This document shows, piece after piece, positions 51,629 through 64,000 of a stretch of DNA of 64,000 nt. The translations under genes were made by a program, and so were the position numbers. The notes beneath the pieces are model-generated. The model worked only from the letters and a program-made list of their open reading frames with translations. It did no database searches and was not told where the DNA came from. Each line of letters starts with the position of its first letter. The first letter of the stretch is position 1. The DNA comes from the human T2T-CHM13v2.0 reference genome, Homo sapiens: assembly GCF_009914755.1 (NCBI RefSeq), contig NC_060930.1; one strand, written 5' to 3'.

Positions 51629-54071
51629 CAGGCAAACCTCAGAGATACTGCAGATTTGGTGCCAGACCACTGCAATAAAGTCAGTATCACAATAAAGCAA
51701 GTCACACAATTTTTTTCATTTCTCAATGCTTATAAAAGCTATGTTTATATTCATTGTTATCTATTAAGAGTACAATATTATTTATATATATTATATATAT
51801 TATATTATATATAGGTATATATGTATTTTATATATATATATATACCTTAAGTAAAAATACTTTATTGCTAAAATGCTGATAATCATCTGACCTTCAGCAA
51901 GTCATAATCTTTTGCTGGAGGAGGATCTTGCCTCAATGTTGATGGCACTGACTGATCAGGGTGGCAGCTGCTGACTGATCAGGATGGTAGCTGCTGAATG
52001 TTGGGCTGGCTGTGGCAATTTCATAAAATAAGACAATAATGAAGTTTGCCATATCCATTGACTCTTCCTTTCATGAAATATTTCTTTGTAGCATGTGATG
52101 CTGTTTGATCACATTTTACCCAAAGCAGAACTTAACTCAAAATTGGAGTTAATCCTCTCAAACCCTGCCATTATTTATTAATTAAAGTTATTCAGTATTC
52201 TAAATTATTTGTTGTCGTTTCCACAATGTTCACGGCATCTCCACTAGTTGTTAACATCGCAGGAAACCACTTTATTTGTTCATTCATAAAAAGCAACTTC
52301 TCATCTGTTCAAGTTTTATCATGATATTTCAGCTATTCAGTCACATCTTCGGACTCCACTACTGTTTCCAGTTCTCTTGCCATTATCTAGCATATCTGCA
52401 GTTACTTCCTTTACTGAAGTCTTGAATCCCTCAAAGTCATTCAGGATGGTTGAAATCAACTTCTACCAAACTCCTTTTGCTGACATTTTTACCTCCACCT
52501 ATGAATCATAAATGTTCTTAATGGCATCTAGGATGATGAATCTTTTCAAGAAGATTTTCAATTTTCTTTGCCTAGATCCATCAAGAGGAATCACTATGGA
52601 AGTTACAGCTTTTTGAAATATTCCTTAAATAATAAGACTTAAGGGTCAAAATTACTCATTAATCCATGGATTACAGAATGAATGTCGTGTTGGCAGGCAT
52701 AAAAACAACATAAATCTCCCTAGACATATTTATCAAAACCTTTGGGTGAGCAGGTATCTTGTCAATAAGCATTCGTATTTGGAAAGAGATTTTTTTTCTG
52801 AGCAGTAGGTCTCAACACTGGTGTTAATATACTCAGTAAACCATATTGTAAAGAGATGTACTGTCCTCCAAGATTTGTTGTTTTATTTATAGAGCACAGG
52901 CAGATAAGATTTAGCATAATTCTTAAGGACCTTAGGGTATTCATAATGATTAATGAGCATCTGGCTTCAACTTAAAGTCACCAGCTACAGTAGCACCTGA
53001 CAAGAGAGGCAAACTGTCCTTTAAAGATTTGAAGCCAGGCATTGACATCTCCTCTTTAGCTATGAAAGTCTTAAATGGCATCTTCTTCTAATAGAAGGCT
53101 GTTTTGTTTACATTGAAAATCTGTTGTTTAGTGTACCTGCCTTCACCAATGATCTTAGCTAGGTCTTCCGGATAACTTGCCGCAGCTGCTATATCAGCAC
53201 TTGCTGTTTCACCTTGTACTTTTATTTTATGGAGACAACTTATTTCTTTAAACCTCATCAACCAACCTCTGCTAGCTTCAAACTTCTTCTCCAACCTCCT
53301 CGCCTTTCTCAGCCATCATAAAATTGAAGAGAGTTAGGGCTTTGCTCTGGATTAGGCTTTGACTTAAGAGAAAGTGTTGTGGCTGGTTTGATCCATCTAG
53401 ACCACTAAAACTTTCTCCATATCAGTAATAAGACTGTTTTGCTTTCTTACTATATCTGTGTATTTGCTGGAGTAACACTTCTAATTTCCTTCAAGAACCT
53501 TTTACTTGCACTTAACAACTTGGCTGTTTGGCACAAAAGGCCTAGCTTTCAGCTGACCTCGGCTTTCAAAATGTCTTCCTCACTAAGCTCAATCATTTCT
53601 AGCTTTTAATTTAAAGTAAGAGACATGCAACTCTTCATCTCACTTGAGCACTTAGAGGGTATTGCAGAGTTATTAACTGGCTTAATTTCAGGATTGTTGT
53701 GTCTTAAGGAATAGGGAGGCCTAAGGAGAGGGAGATGAGGAAATGGCAAGTCAGTGGGGCAGTCACAACTGCACAACATCTATCAATTAAGTTTGCTGTC
53801 TTATACAGGCACAGTTCATGGCACCCCAAAGCAATTACAATACCAACATCAAACATCACAGATCACAAATCACCATAGTAGATAGAATAATAATGAAATT
53901 TGAAATATTGTGAGAATTGCAAAAGTGTAGACACAAAGTGAGTACATGCTGTTAGAAAAATGTCTCCAGTGGATTTTATTGATGCATGGTTGCCACAAAC
54001 CTTTAATTTATAGAAAACACAGTATCTGTGAAGCACAATAAAGGGAAGCACAGTCAAACAAGGCATCCCTG
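51629..54071 (-). mobile_element. Full-length Tigger1 DNA transposon with decayed transposase
   Basis: Termini 'caggcaaacctc' and 'aaggcatccctg', ~2.44 kb apart; minus ORF 53088-53294 '[14 protein letters not shown]...[11 protein letters not shown]...[10 protein letters not shown]' is pogo/Tigger transposase. Confidence 0.92.
51775..51844. repeat. Imperfect (TA)n microsatellite inside Tigger1
   Basis: Seen directly in the sequence. Confidence 0.85.
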
Positions 54072-54191
54072 TGTACTTAGTACACACAGCAAGCAATGTC
54101 TTTCATAGGGTTATTATTTTTTATGGCCATCGGTATTAGCCCATGATGGCAAGCCAAAACAGGGTTGAATACATGCAATTTTCAGCAAGCA

Positions 54192-56480
54192 TGATATGGT
54201 TTAGCTGTGTCCCCACCCAAATCTCATCTTGAATTCCCACATGTTGTGGGAGGAACCCAGTGGGAGGTAACTGAATCATGGGGGCAGATCTTTCCTGTGC
54301 TGTTCTCATGATAATAGTGAATAAGTCTCACAAGATCTGATGGTTTTACAAAAGGGGATTTTCTCTCCATAAACCCTCTTCTCTTGTCTGCTGTCATGTG
54401 AGACATGCCCTTCACCTTCTGCCATGATTGTGAGGCCCTCCCAGCCACATGGAACTGTAAGTCCATTAAAACCCTTTTTCCTGTATAAATTACTCAGTCT
54501 CGGGTATGTCTTTATTAACAGCATGAAAACAGACTAATACAGTAAATTGGGGTACCAATTTACAGTATTAGTACGGTAGAGTGGGGTGCTGCTGTAAATA
54601 CCTGAAAATGAGGAAGCAACTTTGGATCTGGGTAACAGGCAGGGGCTGGAACAGTTTGGAGGGCTCAGAAGAAGACAGGAAAATGTGGGAAGTTTGGAAC
54701 TTCCTAGAGACTTGTTGAATGGCTTTGACCAAAATGCTGATAGTGATATGGACAATGAAATCCAAGCTGAGGTGGTCTCACATGGAGATGAGGAACTTGT
54801 TGGGATCTGGAGTAAAGGTGACTCTTGCTATGTTTTAGCAAAGAGATTGGTGGCATTTTGCCCCTCCCCGAGAGATTTATGGAACTTTGAACTTGACAGA
54901 GATGATTTAGGGTATCTGGCGAAGAAATTTCTAAGAAGCAAAGCATTCAAGATGTGACTCGGGTGCTGTTAAAGGCATTCAGTTTTAAAAGGGAAACAAA
55001 GCATAAAAGTTTGGAAAATTTGCAGCCTGACAAAGCAATAGAAAAGAAAATCCCATTTTCTAAGGAGAAATTTAGGCAAGCTGCAGAAATTTGCATAAGT
55101 AATGAGGAACCAAATGTGAATACCCAAGACAATGGGGAAAATGTCTTCAGGGCATGTCAGGTCTTCACTGCAGCCCCTCCCATCACAGGCCCAGAGGCCT
55201 AGGATGAAAAAGTGGTTTCATGGGCCAGGCCCAGGATCCCCATGCTATGTGCAGCCTAGAAATGTGATGCCCTGCATCCCAGCTGTTCCAGCCATGGCTG
55301 AAAGGGGCCAACATAGAGCTCAGGCCATGGCTTCAGAGCGAGCAAGCCTCAAGCCTTGGCAGCTTCCACGTGGTGTTGAGCCTGCCAGTGCACAGAAGTC
55401 AAGAATAGGGGTTTGGGAACCTCTGCCTAGATTTAAGAAGATGCATGGAAATGCTTGGATGCCCAGGTAGAGGTGTGCTGCAGGGGCAGGGCTCTCATGG
55501 AGAACCTCTGCTAGGGCAGCGAGGAAGGGAAATGTGGGGTCAGAGCACCTACTCAGAGTCCCTACTGGGGCACTGCCTAGTGGAGCTGTGAGAAGAGGGC
55601 CACAGTCCTCCAGACCCCAGAATGGTAGATCCACTGACAGCTTGCACTGTGTGCCTGGAAAAGCTACAGACACTCAATGCCAGCCCATGAAAGCAGCCAG
55701 CAGGGGGGCTATACCCTGCAAAGCCACAGGGGTGGAGCTGCCCAAGGCCATGGGAACCCACCTCTTGCATCAGCGTGACCTGGACATGAGACATGGAGTC
55801 AAAGGAGATCATTTTGGAATTTTAAGATTTGACTGTCCCACTGGGTATCGAACTTGCATGGGGCCTGTAGCCCCTTTGATTTGGCCAATGTCTCCTATTT
55901 GGAATGATTGTATTTACCCAATGCCTGCACCCCCATTGTATCTAGGAAGTAACTTGCTTTTGATTTTACAGGCTCATAGGTGGAAGGAACTTGCCTGGTG
56001 TCAGATGAGACTTTGGACTGTGGACTTTTGAGTTAATGCTGAAATGAGTTGAGACTTTGGGTGACTGCTGGGAGGGCATCATTGGTTTTGAAATATAAGG
56101 ATGTGAGATTTGGGAGGGGTCAGGGGTGGAATGATATGGATTGGCTGTGTCCCTACCCAAATTTCATCTTGAATTGCCACATGTTGTGGAAGGAACCCAA
56201 TAGGAGGTAACTGAATCATGGGGGCAGGTCTTTTCTGTGCTGTCTTCATGATAGTGAATAAGTCTCACAAGATCTGATGATTTTAAAAAGGGGAGTTTCC
56301 CTGCACAAGTTTTCTTCTTCTCTTGTCTGCTACCATATGAGATGTGCCGTTCACCTTCCAGCATGATTATGAGGCCTTCCCAGCCACATGGAACTGTAAG
56401 TCCATTAAATCCCTTCCTCCTGTGTAAATAACCGAGTCTCAATTATGTCTTTATCAGCAGCATGAACACAGACTAACACA
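54192..56480 (+). mobile_element. Full-length THE1B-like MaLR element (LTR 54192-54541, internal 54542-56131, LTR 56132-56480)
   Basis: Two ~350-bp direct repeats 'tgatatgg...gactaa(t/c)aca' flank a 1.6-kb THE1-int; PPT 'ggggtcaggggtggaa' precedes the 3' LTR. Confidence 0.95.
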
Positions 56481-56702
56481 AAGAGGATAGGCTAAAAACA
56501 CAATATTTTATAGGATGTTACTCTGCTTTAATATAACTAAATACTAGTATTATATAGAAAGAGAAATCGTTATTAAAATGCTTAAAACAAAATAAGGCAC
56601 AAAATGAAGATACTGATAGTACTTTCATTGAATAAATTACCCCATTCATTGACTTACAGGAAACTAAAGTTCTCATTTAATATTTTCTTCACATTTCTCT
56701 TA

Positions 56703-57042
<340 letters not shown>

Positions 57043-57199
57043 AAATACACATTAGATCTGAACACAGAATCCAAAGAGTACCTGGCTTAACTGTCATAGA
57101 ATGGGCCAAAGCCTGTTTGCCAAGCACTGTTTACAGTTTCTACCTAATGATGTTATAGCTCATGTTATAGTACAGCACATTAAGAGGGGTTCTATGAAA

Positions 57200-58370
57200 A
57201 TGCCTGGAAGAAGCACCCTTGAGGACTCATGAAGATGCCTCAGAGAGGGTGTCTTCAAAGACCCAAAGGATGAGTTGATGCTCACCAGATATAGATAGGA
57301 GGGAAGAGGATTCCAGGCAGAGGAAAAAATATGTGCAAAACCCCAAGGATACAAAAGATTGTTGAACCTTTAAGCAATTCACTGTGGCTAACAAGCACTT
57401 TTGGGAGATGGTTATAAGAATGACAACAGAGATTGGAGAGAAGGACACAGTACAAATCGTAAAGACCCTCATATGTCTGATATGGTTTGGTTGTGTCCCC
57501 ACCCAAATCTCATCTTGAATTGTAGTTCCCATAATCCCCATGTGTCATGGGAGAAACCCAGTGGGAGGTAATTTAATCATGGCAGTGGTCATCCTCATGT
57601 TGTTCTCATGATAGTGAGTTCTCATGAGATCTGATGGTTTGATACAAGGCTTTTCCCCCTTTTGCTCAGCACTTCTCCTTCCTGCTGCTATGTGAAGAAG
57701 GTGGTGTTTGCTTCTCCTTCTGCGATGATCATAAGTTTCCTTAGGCCTCCCAGGCCATGCTAAACTGTGAGTCAATTAAACCTCTTTCCTTTATAAATTA
57801 CCCAGTCTCAGGTATGTCTTTATTAGCAGTGTGAGAACAGACTAATACAATGTCACGTTAAGGATTTTTTACTTTTTTCTGAGAAAAACGAGGAGCCATT
57901 GAGGAATATTGAGCAAGAAAGAGACAGTAGTATATTTGAAGTAGAAAGGTCTCTCAGGCAGCAGTGTCAAGAATGATCTTGAAAGGGGTAAGGATTACAA
58001 GAGGAAGATAAGCCAGGAAGCTTTAACAATCCAGGTCAGCGTGGACAGAGGGGAGTAGTTATATTTAAGAGATATTTAGGAAGCATAATGAAAGTAATTT
58101 GTCAAATGGTTAGGAGGGTGGTAAATGGAGGAGAGATGGCAAAGATGGCATTCAAGTTTCTAACTTGGGAAATTAGGGGAAGATGTTGCCAGTGTCTGCT
58201 CAACAGAGAAAGTATGGGAGGTCTGGCAAAAAAAAAAAATTGGGGAATATTGAGTTTGGGAGATATTCTGAAAGATGTTTTGAAACAAATTGATATATAA
58301 GCCTTGTACTCAGAAGAAAGCAGTGGAATGGGGATTGAGATTTGGATATCATTACTATAGACGATGATTG
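57200..58370 (-). mobile_element. L2 fragment interrupted by a THE1 solo LTR
   Basis: 'ggattccaggcagaggaaaaaatatgtgcaaaacccc' and 'ggagccattgaggaatattgagcaagaaagagaca'. Confidence 0.65.
57478..57849 (+). mobile_element. THE1C-like solo LTR
   Basis: 'tgatatggtttggttgtgtcccc...gactaataca' with a perfect 5-bp TSD atgtc at 57473-57477 and 57850-57854. Confidence 0.93.
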
Positions 58371-59181
58371 AGAAAATTCTGGTTTAAACTGGCAAACACA
58401 CTACTCCTCCTGACATCTGAATGGAAATTACAATATAAAATCTGAAGACAGAAATTCACCTGCAACAATGAAGAGGCAGTTAAGAAGGATTACTAGCAGA
58501 TAAGATAGCTCAGGATGATAGAATGATTTTGGAAGTGAGCTGATGGAAAGCAAAGGAAGATGTGACTCAGAATACCTTATGAGGGGATGCAGTACTGCAG
58601 GAGAGCTGGGCACTCATAAGCTCACTGGAACCTTGAGAGTAACTGGGCTTAAATTCTCAGTAGTAATGGAATCTAGGATAGTTAAGAAAGCTAGAAATGG
58701 GGTGGAGTGGTAATCATAGGTCTGTCCGGCAATGAAGATTATGTCCCCACCAACATTTCTTTTTTGCCTTCCTCACAATTAAAAAAAAAATTTAAGAACA
58801 CAAAAAGAAAAAGAGGAAGTATATCTAAAACAACTCATAATTATAGTTGTAATCATGTCAACATGAAGGAAGTATAAATACCAGTGAGCATAAGTCAGTG
58901 TTAAAGTTCTCCGTTGTAAGGAGGAAGACATAATTATAAAAAATAAAAAGCAAGAAGAGACACATAGAAAAGGTCAAAACATTTTTGAAATAAAAAAATG
59001 AACAAATGCAAACAGGTCTAAATATTATCAGAAATCCTAACATATAAACATGGCTTAAGCCCCTGAAACATATGAGGTGCTGAGCAGTAATTAGCATCGT
59101 TTAAACACCAGTCTATAAAGAATGAGGGATACTCACTTTGTTTATCCACTATGGGTGTAAAATCTCTGAAATTGTTTAGAC

Positions 59182-59539
59182 CAGTGGTCCCCAACCTTTT
59201 TGGAACCAGGGACCAGTTTTGTGAAAGACATTTTTTCCATGGACAGGGAGGCGAGGGGAGTATGGTTTTGGGATGACACTGTTCCACCTCAGATCATCGT
59301 GCATTAGATAGATTCTCATAAGGAGCGTGCAACCTAGATCCCTCGCATGTGCAGTTCACAATACAGTTCACAATCCGCTGACAATCTGATGCCGCTGCTG
59401 ATCTGACAGGAGGCAGAGCTCAGGCAGTAAAGCTCACTGACCTGCCACTCACTTCCTGCTGTGTGGCCCGGTTCCTAACAGGCCATGGACCACTACTGTG
59501 GCCTGTTAGGAACTGAGCCACAGGGGTTGGAGACCACTG
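59182..59539 (+). mobile_element. MER1B (hAT-Charlie MITE)
   Basis: TIRs cagtggtccccaacc and ggttggagaccactg; 8-bp TSD gtttag(a/g)c at 59174-59181 and 59540-59547. Confidence 0.9.
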
Positions 59540-59879
59540 GTTTAGGCCTTATTTCCATCTTTAGATTAGTCATTTAATATTAAGAAGGCAGCAATAAGGA
59601 TTTCTATCAAATAAAAATATATAATTCCACTTTTAACCATTTTATATACAGCGAACAGTAAATTCTATTCAGTGAATTCTGAGTTTTCTCTCACTAGAAA
59701 TTGATAAAGTCTTGATAAGTATGGTAATGACAATGACCTGTTCTGTTCAAGGTCCAGCTCTCCATTCTTTCACTGTCTAGTTTCTGCTAATTTTCTCCTT
59801 TATAATCCACACCATTCTGGTGCCATACTAGTTCATTTAATAGTAATTGCATATTGTTCAGTTTTTAAATAACAGCAAT

Positions 59880-61185
59880 TTTTTCAGCCTTATTGAGGTA
59901 TAACTGTCAAATATTGTATTATTTAGGGTGTACAATTATACATACATTGGGAAATGATTACCACAATCAAGCTAATTAACATATCCATTATCTCATATAC
60001 CTCCCTTTTTTATGGTGAGGACACTTGTGATCTACTGTGTTCTTAGCAAATTTCAAGTATACAATACATTATTATTGTCATCATCATGTTGTAATTAATT
60101 AGGTCTCCAGGACTTATTCATCTTAAAACTAAAGGTTTGTACCATTTGACCAACATCTCCTCTTTCCTCCAACTTCTCAGCCCCTGGTAACTACCATTTT
60201 ATTCACTGTTACATGAATTTGGCTTTTTAAAGATTCCACATATAAATGAGATTATGAAGTATTTGTCTTTCTGTGCCTGGCTTATTTTACTTAGCACAAG
60301 GTCCTCAAGTTTTAACGCTGTTGTTGCAAATGATGAGATTTCCTTCTGTTTAAGGCTGAATAATATTCCACTGTTTATATATCCACCACATTGTCTTTAT
60401 TCATTCATCTGTCATTGGATACTTAGTTACCATACTTGACTATCACAAATAATGCTGCAATGAACATGGAAGTGCAGAAATTTCTTCAAGATACTGATTT
60501 TATTTACTTTGGATATATACCCAGAAGTGAGACTGCTGAATTAAATGGAAGTTATAGGTTTAATTTTTTTAGAAAACTCCATATTGTTTTCCATAACGGC
60601 TGTACTGATTTACATTCTCACCAAGACTGTGCAAGGATTCCCTTTTCTCCACACACCCTTGCCAACATTTACTATCTCTTGCTTTTTTTTTTTTTTACAT
60701 CCTAACAGGTGTGAGGTTGATATCTCATTGTGGTTTTAAACAGTATTTCCCTAATGATTAATGATGCTGAGCACCTTTTCATATACCTCTTAGCCATTTG
60801 TATGTCTTCTTTGGAGAAATGTCTTTTCAGGTCCTGTGCCCATTTTTAGATTGAGTTATTTGTTCTTTTGCTTGTGACGTGTTTGGGTTCCTTATGCATT
60901 TGGATATTAACTCCTTATCAGACATATTATGGTTTGCAAATATTCCATTGTGTAGGTTGCCTTTTCATTTGTTTTCTTGTTTCTGTTACTGTGCAGAAAC
61001 CTTTTAGTTTGATGCACTTCCACTTGCTTATTTTTGCTTTTGTTGCCTGTGCTTTCAGTTTCACATCTAAAAAAATCATAGCTGAGACCAATGTCAAGAA
61101 GTTCTTCCACTATATTTTCTTCTAGGAGTTCTACTGTTTCAGGACTCATGCTTAAGTCTTAACCTATTTTGGAGTGATTTTTGAG
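59880..61185 (-). mobile_element. L1MA/L1MB 3' fragment
   Basis: 'ttattgaggtataactg', 'agattccacatataaatgagattatgaagtatttgtctttctgtgcctggcttatttt' and antisense ORF2 C-terminus. Confidence 0.85.
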
Positions 61186-61467
61186 GACAGCAATCATTTT
61201 CATTTTTATATTATTAAAATATGTCCTTTAGTAATGTTGGTATAATGCCTGATATAATAACAGTACAGGAATTCATCCTGTCTTTTATTTGAATGGCCCC
61301 AGTTTTCTGTCTGTCTCTGACTACTCTTTCAATAGTTCTCTTTTACAAGCTAAACCTGTAAATGGGAAACTCAACCCAATCTGGTCCCTTTTTTCACATT
61401 TCCACTCCCCTCCAATCTGCCTGGTTTCTTTCACTCTCTCTAGTCTTCAGGTAGTTGTTTTCTGTAG

Positions 61468-61933
61468 TGTTGTCCATTGATTTGTGTTTCCCTCAAATTC
61501 AAATGTTGAAGTCATAACCTCCATTACTTCAGAATGTGACCTTATTCAGAAATCAGGTGATCACAGATATAATTAGTTAAGAAGAGGCCATATTAGAGTC
61601 GAGTGGGCCCAATTCAATGTGGCTGCCATCCTTGTAGAAATGGGAAATTTAGACACAGACTCCCATACAGGGAGAATACCATGTGAAGATGAAGGCAGAG
61701 AACAAGGTGATGCTTCTACAAACCAAGAAACGTCAAAGGTTGCTGGCAAACCACCAGAAGCTAGAATAGCGGCATGGAACACATTCTCCCTCGCAGCCCT
61801 CAGGAGGAACTGGCGCTGCTCACCCTTTCATCTCCAACTTCTACACTCCAGATCCATGCCAGGAAAAAATTTCTGTTGCTTAAGCCTCCTAGTCTGTGGT
61901 ACATTATTATGGCTGCCCCAGCAAACAGATGTA
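61468..61933 (+). mobile_element. MLT1C-like MaLR solo LTR
   Basis: 'cagaatgtgaccttatt...atgtgaagatgaaggcagaga...ccaccagaagctaga...aatttctgttgcttaagcc'. Confidence 0.8.
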
Positions 61934-61974
61934 CTGTGAACAGAGATTATAATGGGTGGTTCATTAAGAGCTTA

Positions 61975-62165
61975 TTCCACCAAATCAGAAGTAAAACTAT
62001 CTTTACTTGCCTCAGAATAAGTTCACCTTCTCTCTATCCTTTAGTTTCCTTATTTGTAAAACAGGGATAATATCCCCTAGCAATTTTGGAATGATAAGGT
62101 AGACTGATACATGTGAAGCACTTAGACAATACCTATAACATTGTATGCTCTCAATGGTTATTAGC
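61975..62165 (+). mobile_element. MIR fragment
   Basis: Core 'ctttagtttccttatttgtaaaacagggataata...atgtgaagcacttagacaatacct'. Confidence 0.6.
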
Positions 62166-62177
62166 TACTCTTGTCCT

Positions 62178-63060
62178 TCACTCATTTAACTATGTCAGGC
62201 TCTGTTATAGGCACTCCAGGTACATCACCGAACAAAACAAAACAGATATAAATTTCTGCCTTTATAATGCAGTGAAGCTTACATTGCAGTGACAGCATAT
62301 AGAAAATAAAATAAGTAACTTATGTAATATGTAGGCCATTAATAAGTTCTATGAAGAAAAATAAAGCAGAGACTGTGGATTGGGAAGGCTGAGATTGGAT
62401 CAGGCCATCTTTTATAGGGTAGTCCAGGGAGGCATCACTGAAGGAGGGAGAAGAGTGAGCCATGTGCATACCTGGAGTAGCAGCATTCCAGGTAAAGAGA
62501 ACAGCAGGAGCAAGTGCCCTGAGGCCAGAGCCTGCCTGGAATAGTCAAAGAACAGCAAGAGGGCCAGTATGGCTAGAGCAGAGTGAGAGAGGTGGAAGGC
62601 AGTAAGTAGGAGATGTGGTCAGGAGGTAACAGGTGACCAGATTGTACAGGACCTCAAAGGGCTTTGACTTTTACCTTGAGTGACGTGAGAGTCATTGGAG
62701 CTTTTAAACACAGGAGTGACAAGGCCTGAGTTACATTTTTATCAAAGCATCCTGACCACTATGTGAGAGTAGTTTTGATAGAGGAAGGGGCTGGGAGGGA
62801 AGGCCAGAAACAGGGAGACCAAGTAGAAGACCATTTCTGAAATGTAGTCTTGGGATCACATTGGCTCTGACCAGGGTTGTTCAGTAAAGGAGGAAAAACA
62901 CAGATGCTATAGATGCTTTAACAGAATTTCTGGATGATTTGAATGTGACATTTGAAATAAAGAGAGGAGTCAAGGATGACACTGAGGTTTGGGTCCTGAG
63001 CAGCTGCAAGTGTATTTCCATTAATGGAATCAGGGAAGACTTTCAGAGCAACGACTTAGA
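62178..63060 (-). mobile_element. L2 3' fragment
   Basis: 'gcattccaggtaaagagaacagcaggagcaagtgccctgagg' and 'gagaggagtcaaggatgacactgaggtttgggtcctgagcagctg'. Confidence 0.8.
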
Positions 63061-64000
63061 GAAGCAAAGAACAGAGTTGTTGTTATGGTTGTTCTTCCTC
63101 TTTCTTATTATTGTCATTATTGCTATAATGAGGGTAGTGTCATCAATCCTTTCCCCTTTATTCTCAGTCTCATCTTCTATCAGTTTTCTTCTTTTTCTAG
63201 CAGGTACTCAGTGACGGCACACCTATGCCATGATTTGATCAGCACGTTACATCTAGCTGCTCCCTTTTCCTACTGCGATCTAGTCCCACAGACAAATAAG
63301 TGGACACAGCACATCTCTTTCCCAGGCACATAACCTTGAATCTCCCCCTCTGCTTCTACAGTCACACCTTCTCGCTCTCACCACCACAGAAAACACCTGC
63401 CTTTTCTTCTTTTGGAAAAGACACTGGTCTTTGCTTTTTCTCATTTTAGCCATTTTTCTTCCTCTTACTACAATTTTTATTAATCCTTGCACCACTTCTT
63501 ACCCACTAACAATACTGTCTGCTCTCATTCCCATTAATTCTCCTATGACATCTCAATATCACAATAAATCTCCGAACCTTTCTTCCTGACTTATCCTTTA
63601 CCTTTGGTCCCAGTTACAACTCTTTGCAATAGGAAAAAGTCATTTGATGTCTGTGGGTCTGTTTGCTCCTCTGTAAAATAAAGGCATTAAATGAGATTAT
63701 TTCTAAAGATACTTTCAGCTTTAACTTCTGATCCAACTGATTCTGCGTTTAGCTCTTCAGTGATTTTTCATGTGTGGCAAGTTCCATTTCATTTCCTATT
63801 TCCTAACTCACTTTCAAATCTCTCCTTTCATTACTTTCTTATCATTTCCAAAGTCTTAACCACATTTTTCATCATTATTTCTTACACCAAGCCAAGTGAT
63901 TTTTACCACACCTTAATGATGGTCAAAAGAGAGTGTTTTGTGTTGTGTTTTACATTTTTCCTAATGCTGGCAAGCAGAATGATAGAAAGATAATGTTTCA

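Noticed and set aside
54534-56442. Cluster of long ORFs (up to 165 aa)
   Set aside because: All lie within the THE1B internal/LTR sequence and are typical decayed MaLR frames.

Overview
Primate (almost certainly human) intergenic or intronic DNA. It is AT-rich, CpG-depleted and dominated by interspersed repeats, and I see no recognisable functional protein-coding gene. The main contents are: a near-complete HERV-L provirus (MLT2A LTRs; decayed gag/pro/pol/dUTPase; minus strand) whose 5' LTR is deleted into a tail-less Alu; a full-length THE1B MaLR element; a full-length Tigger1; several L1s, L2/MIR, hAT and Tigger MITEs and solo LTRs; five Alus, including a young AluYb8-type copy; and a short 5'-truncated KRT18 processed pseudogene. 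The most notable details concern insertion mechanism: an old L1 with a TSD-bounded ~240 bp 3' transduction, a 17-bp twin-priming inversion, a templated two-piece local insertion, and two template-switch hairpins. A speculative two-exon 99-aa ORF lies on the minus strand in unique sequence. I found no convincing novel biological system. Repeat subfamily names come from recalled consensus sequences, not a RepeatMasker run, and boundaries of old repeats are approximate.
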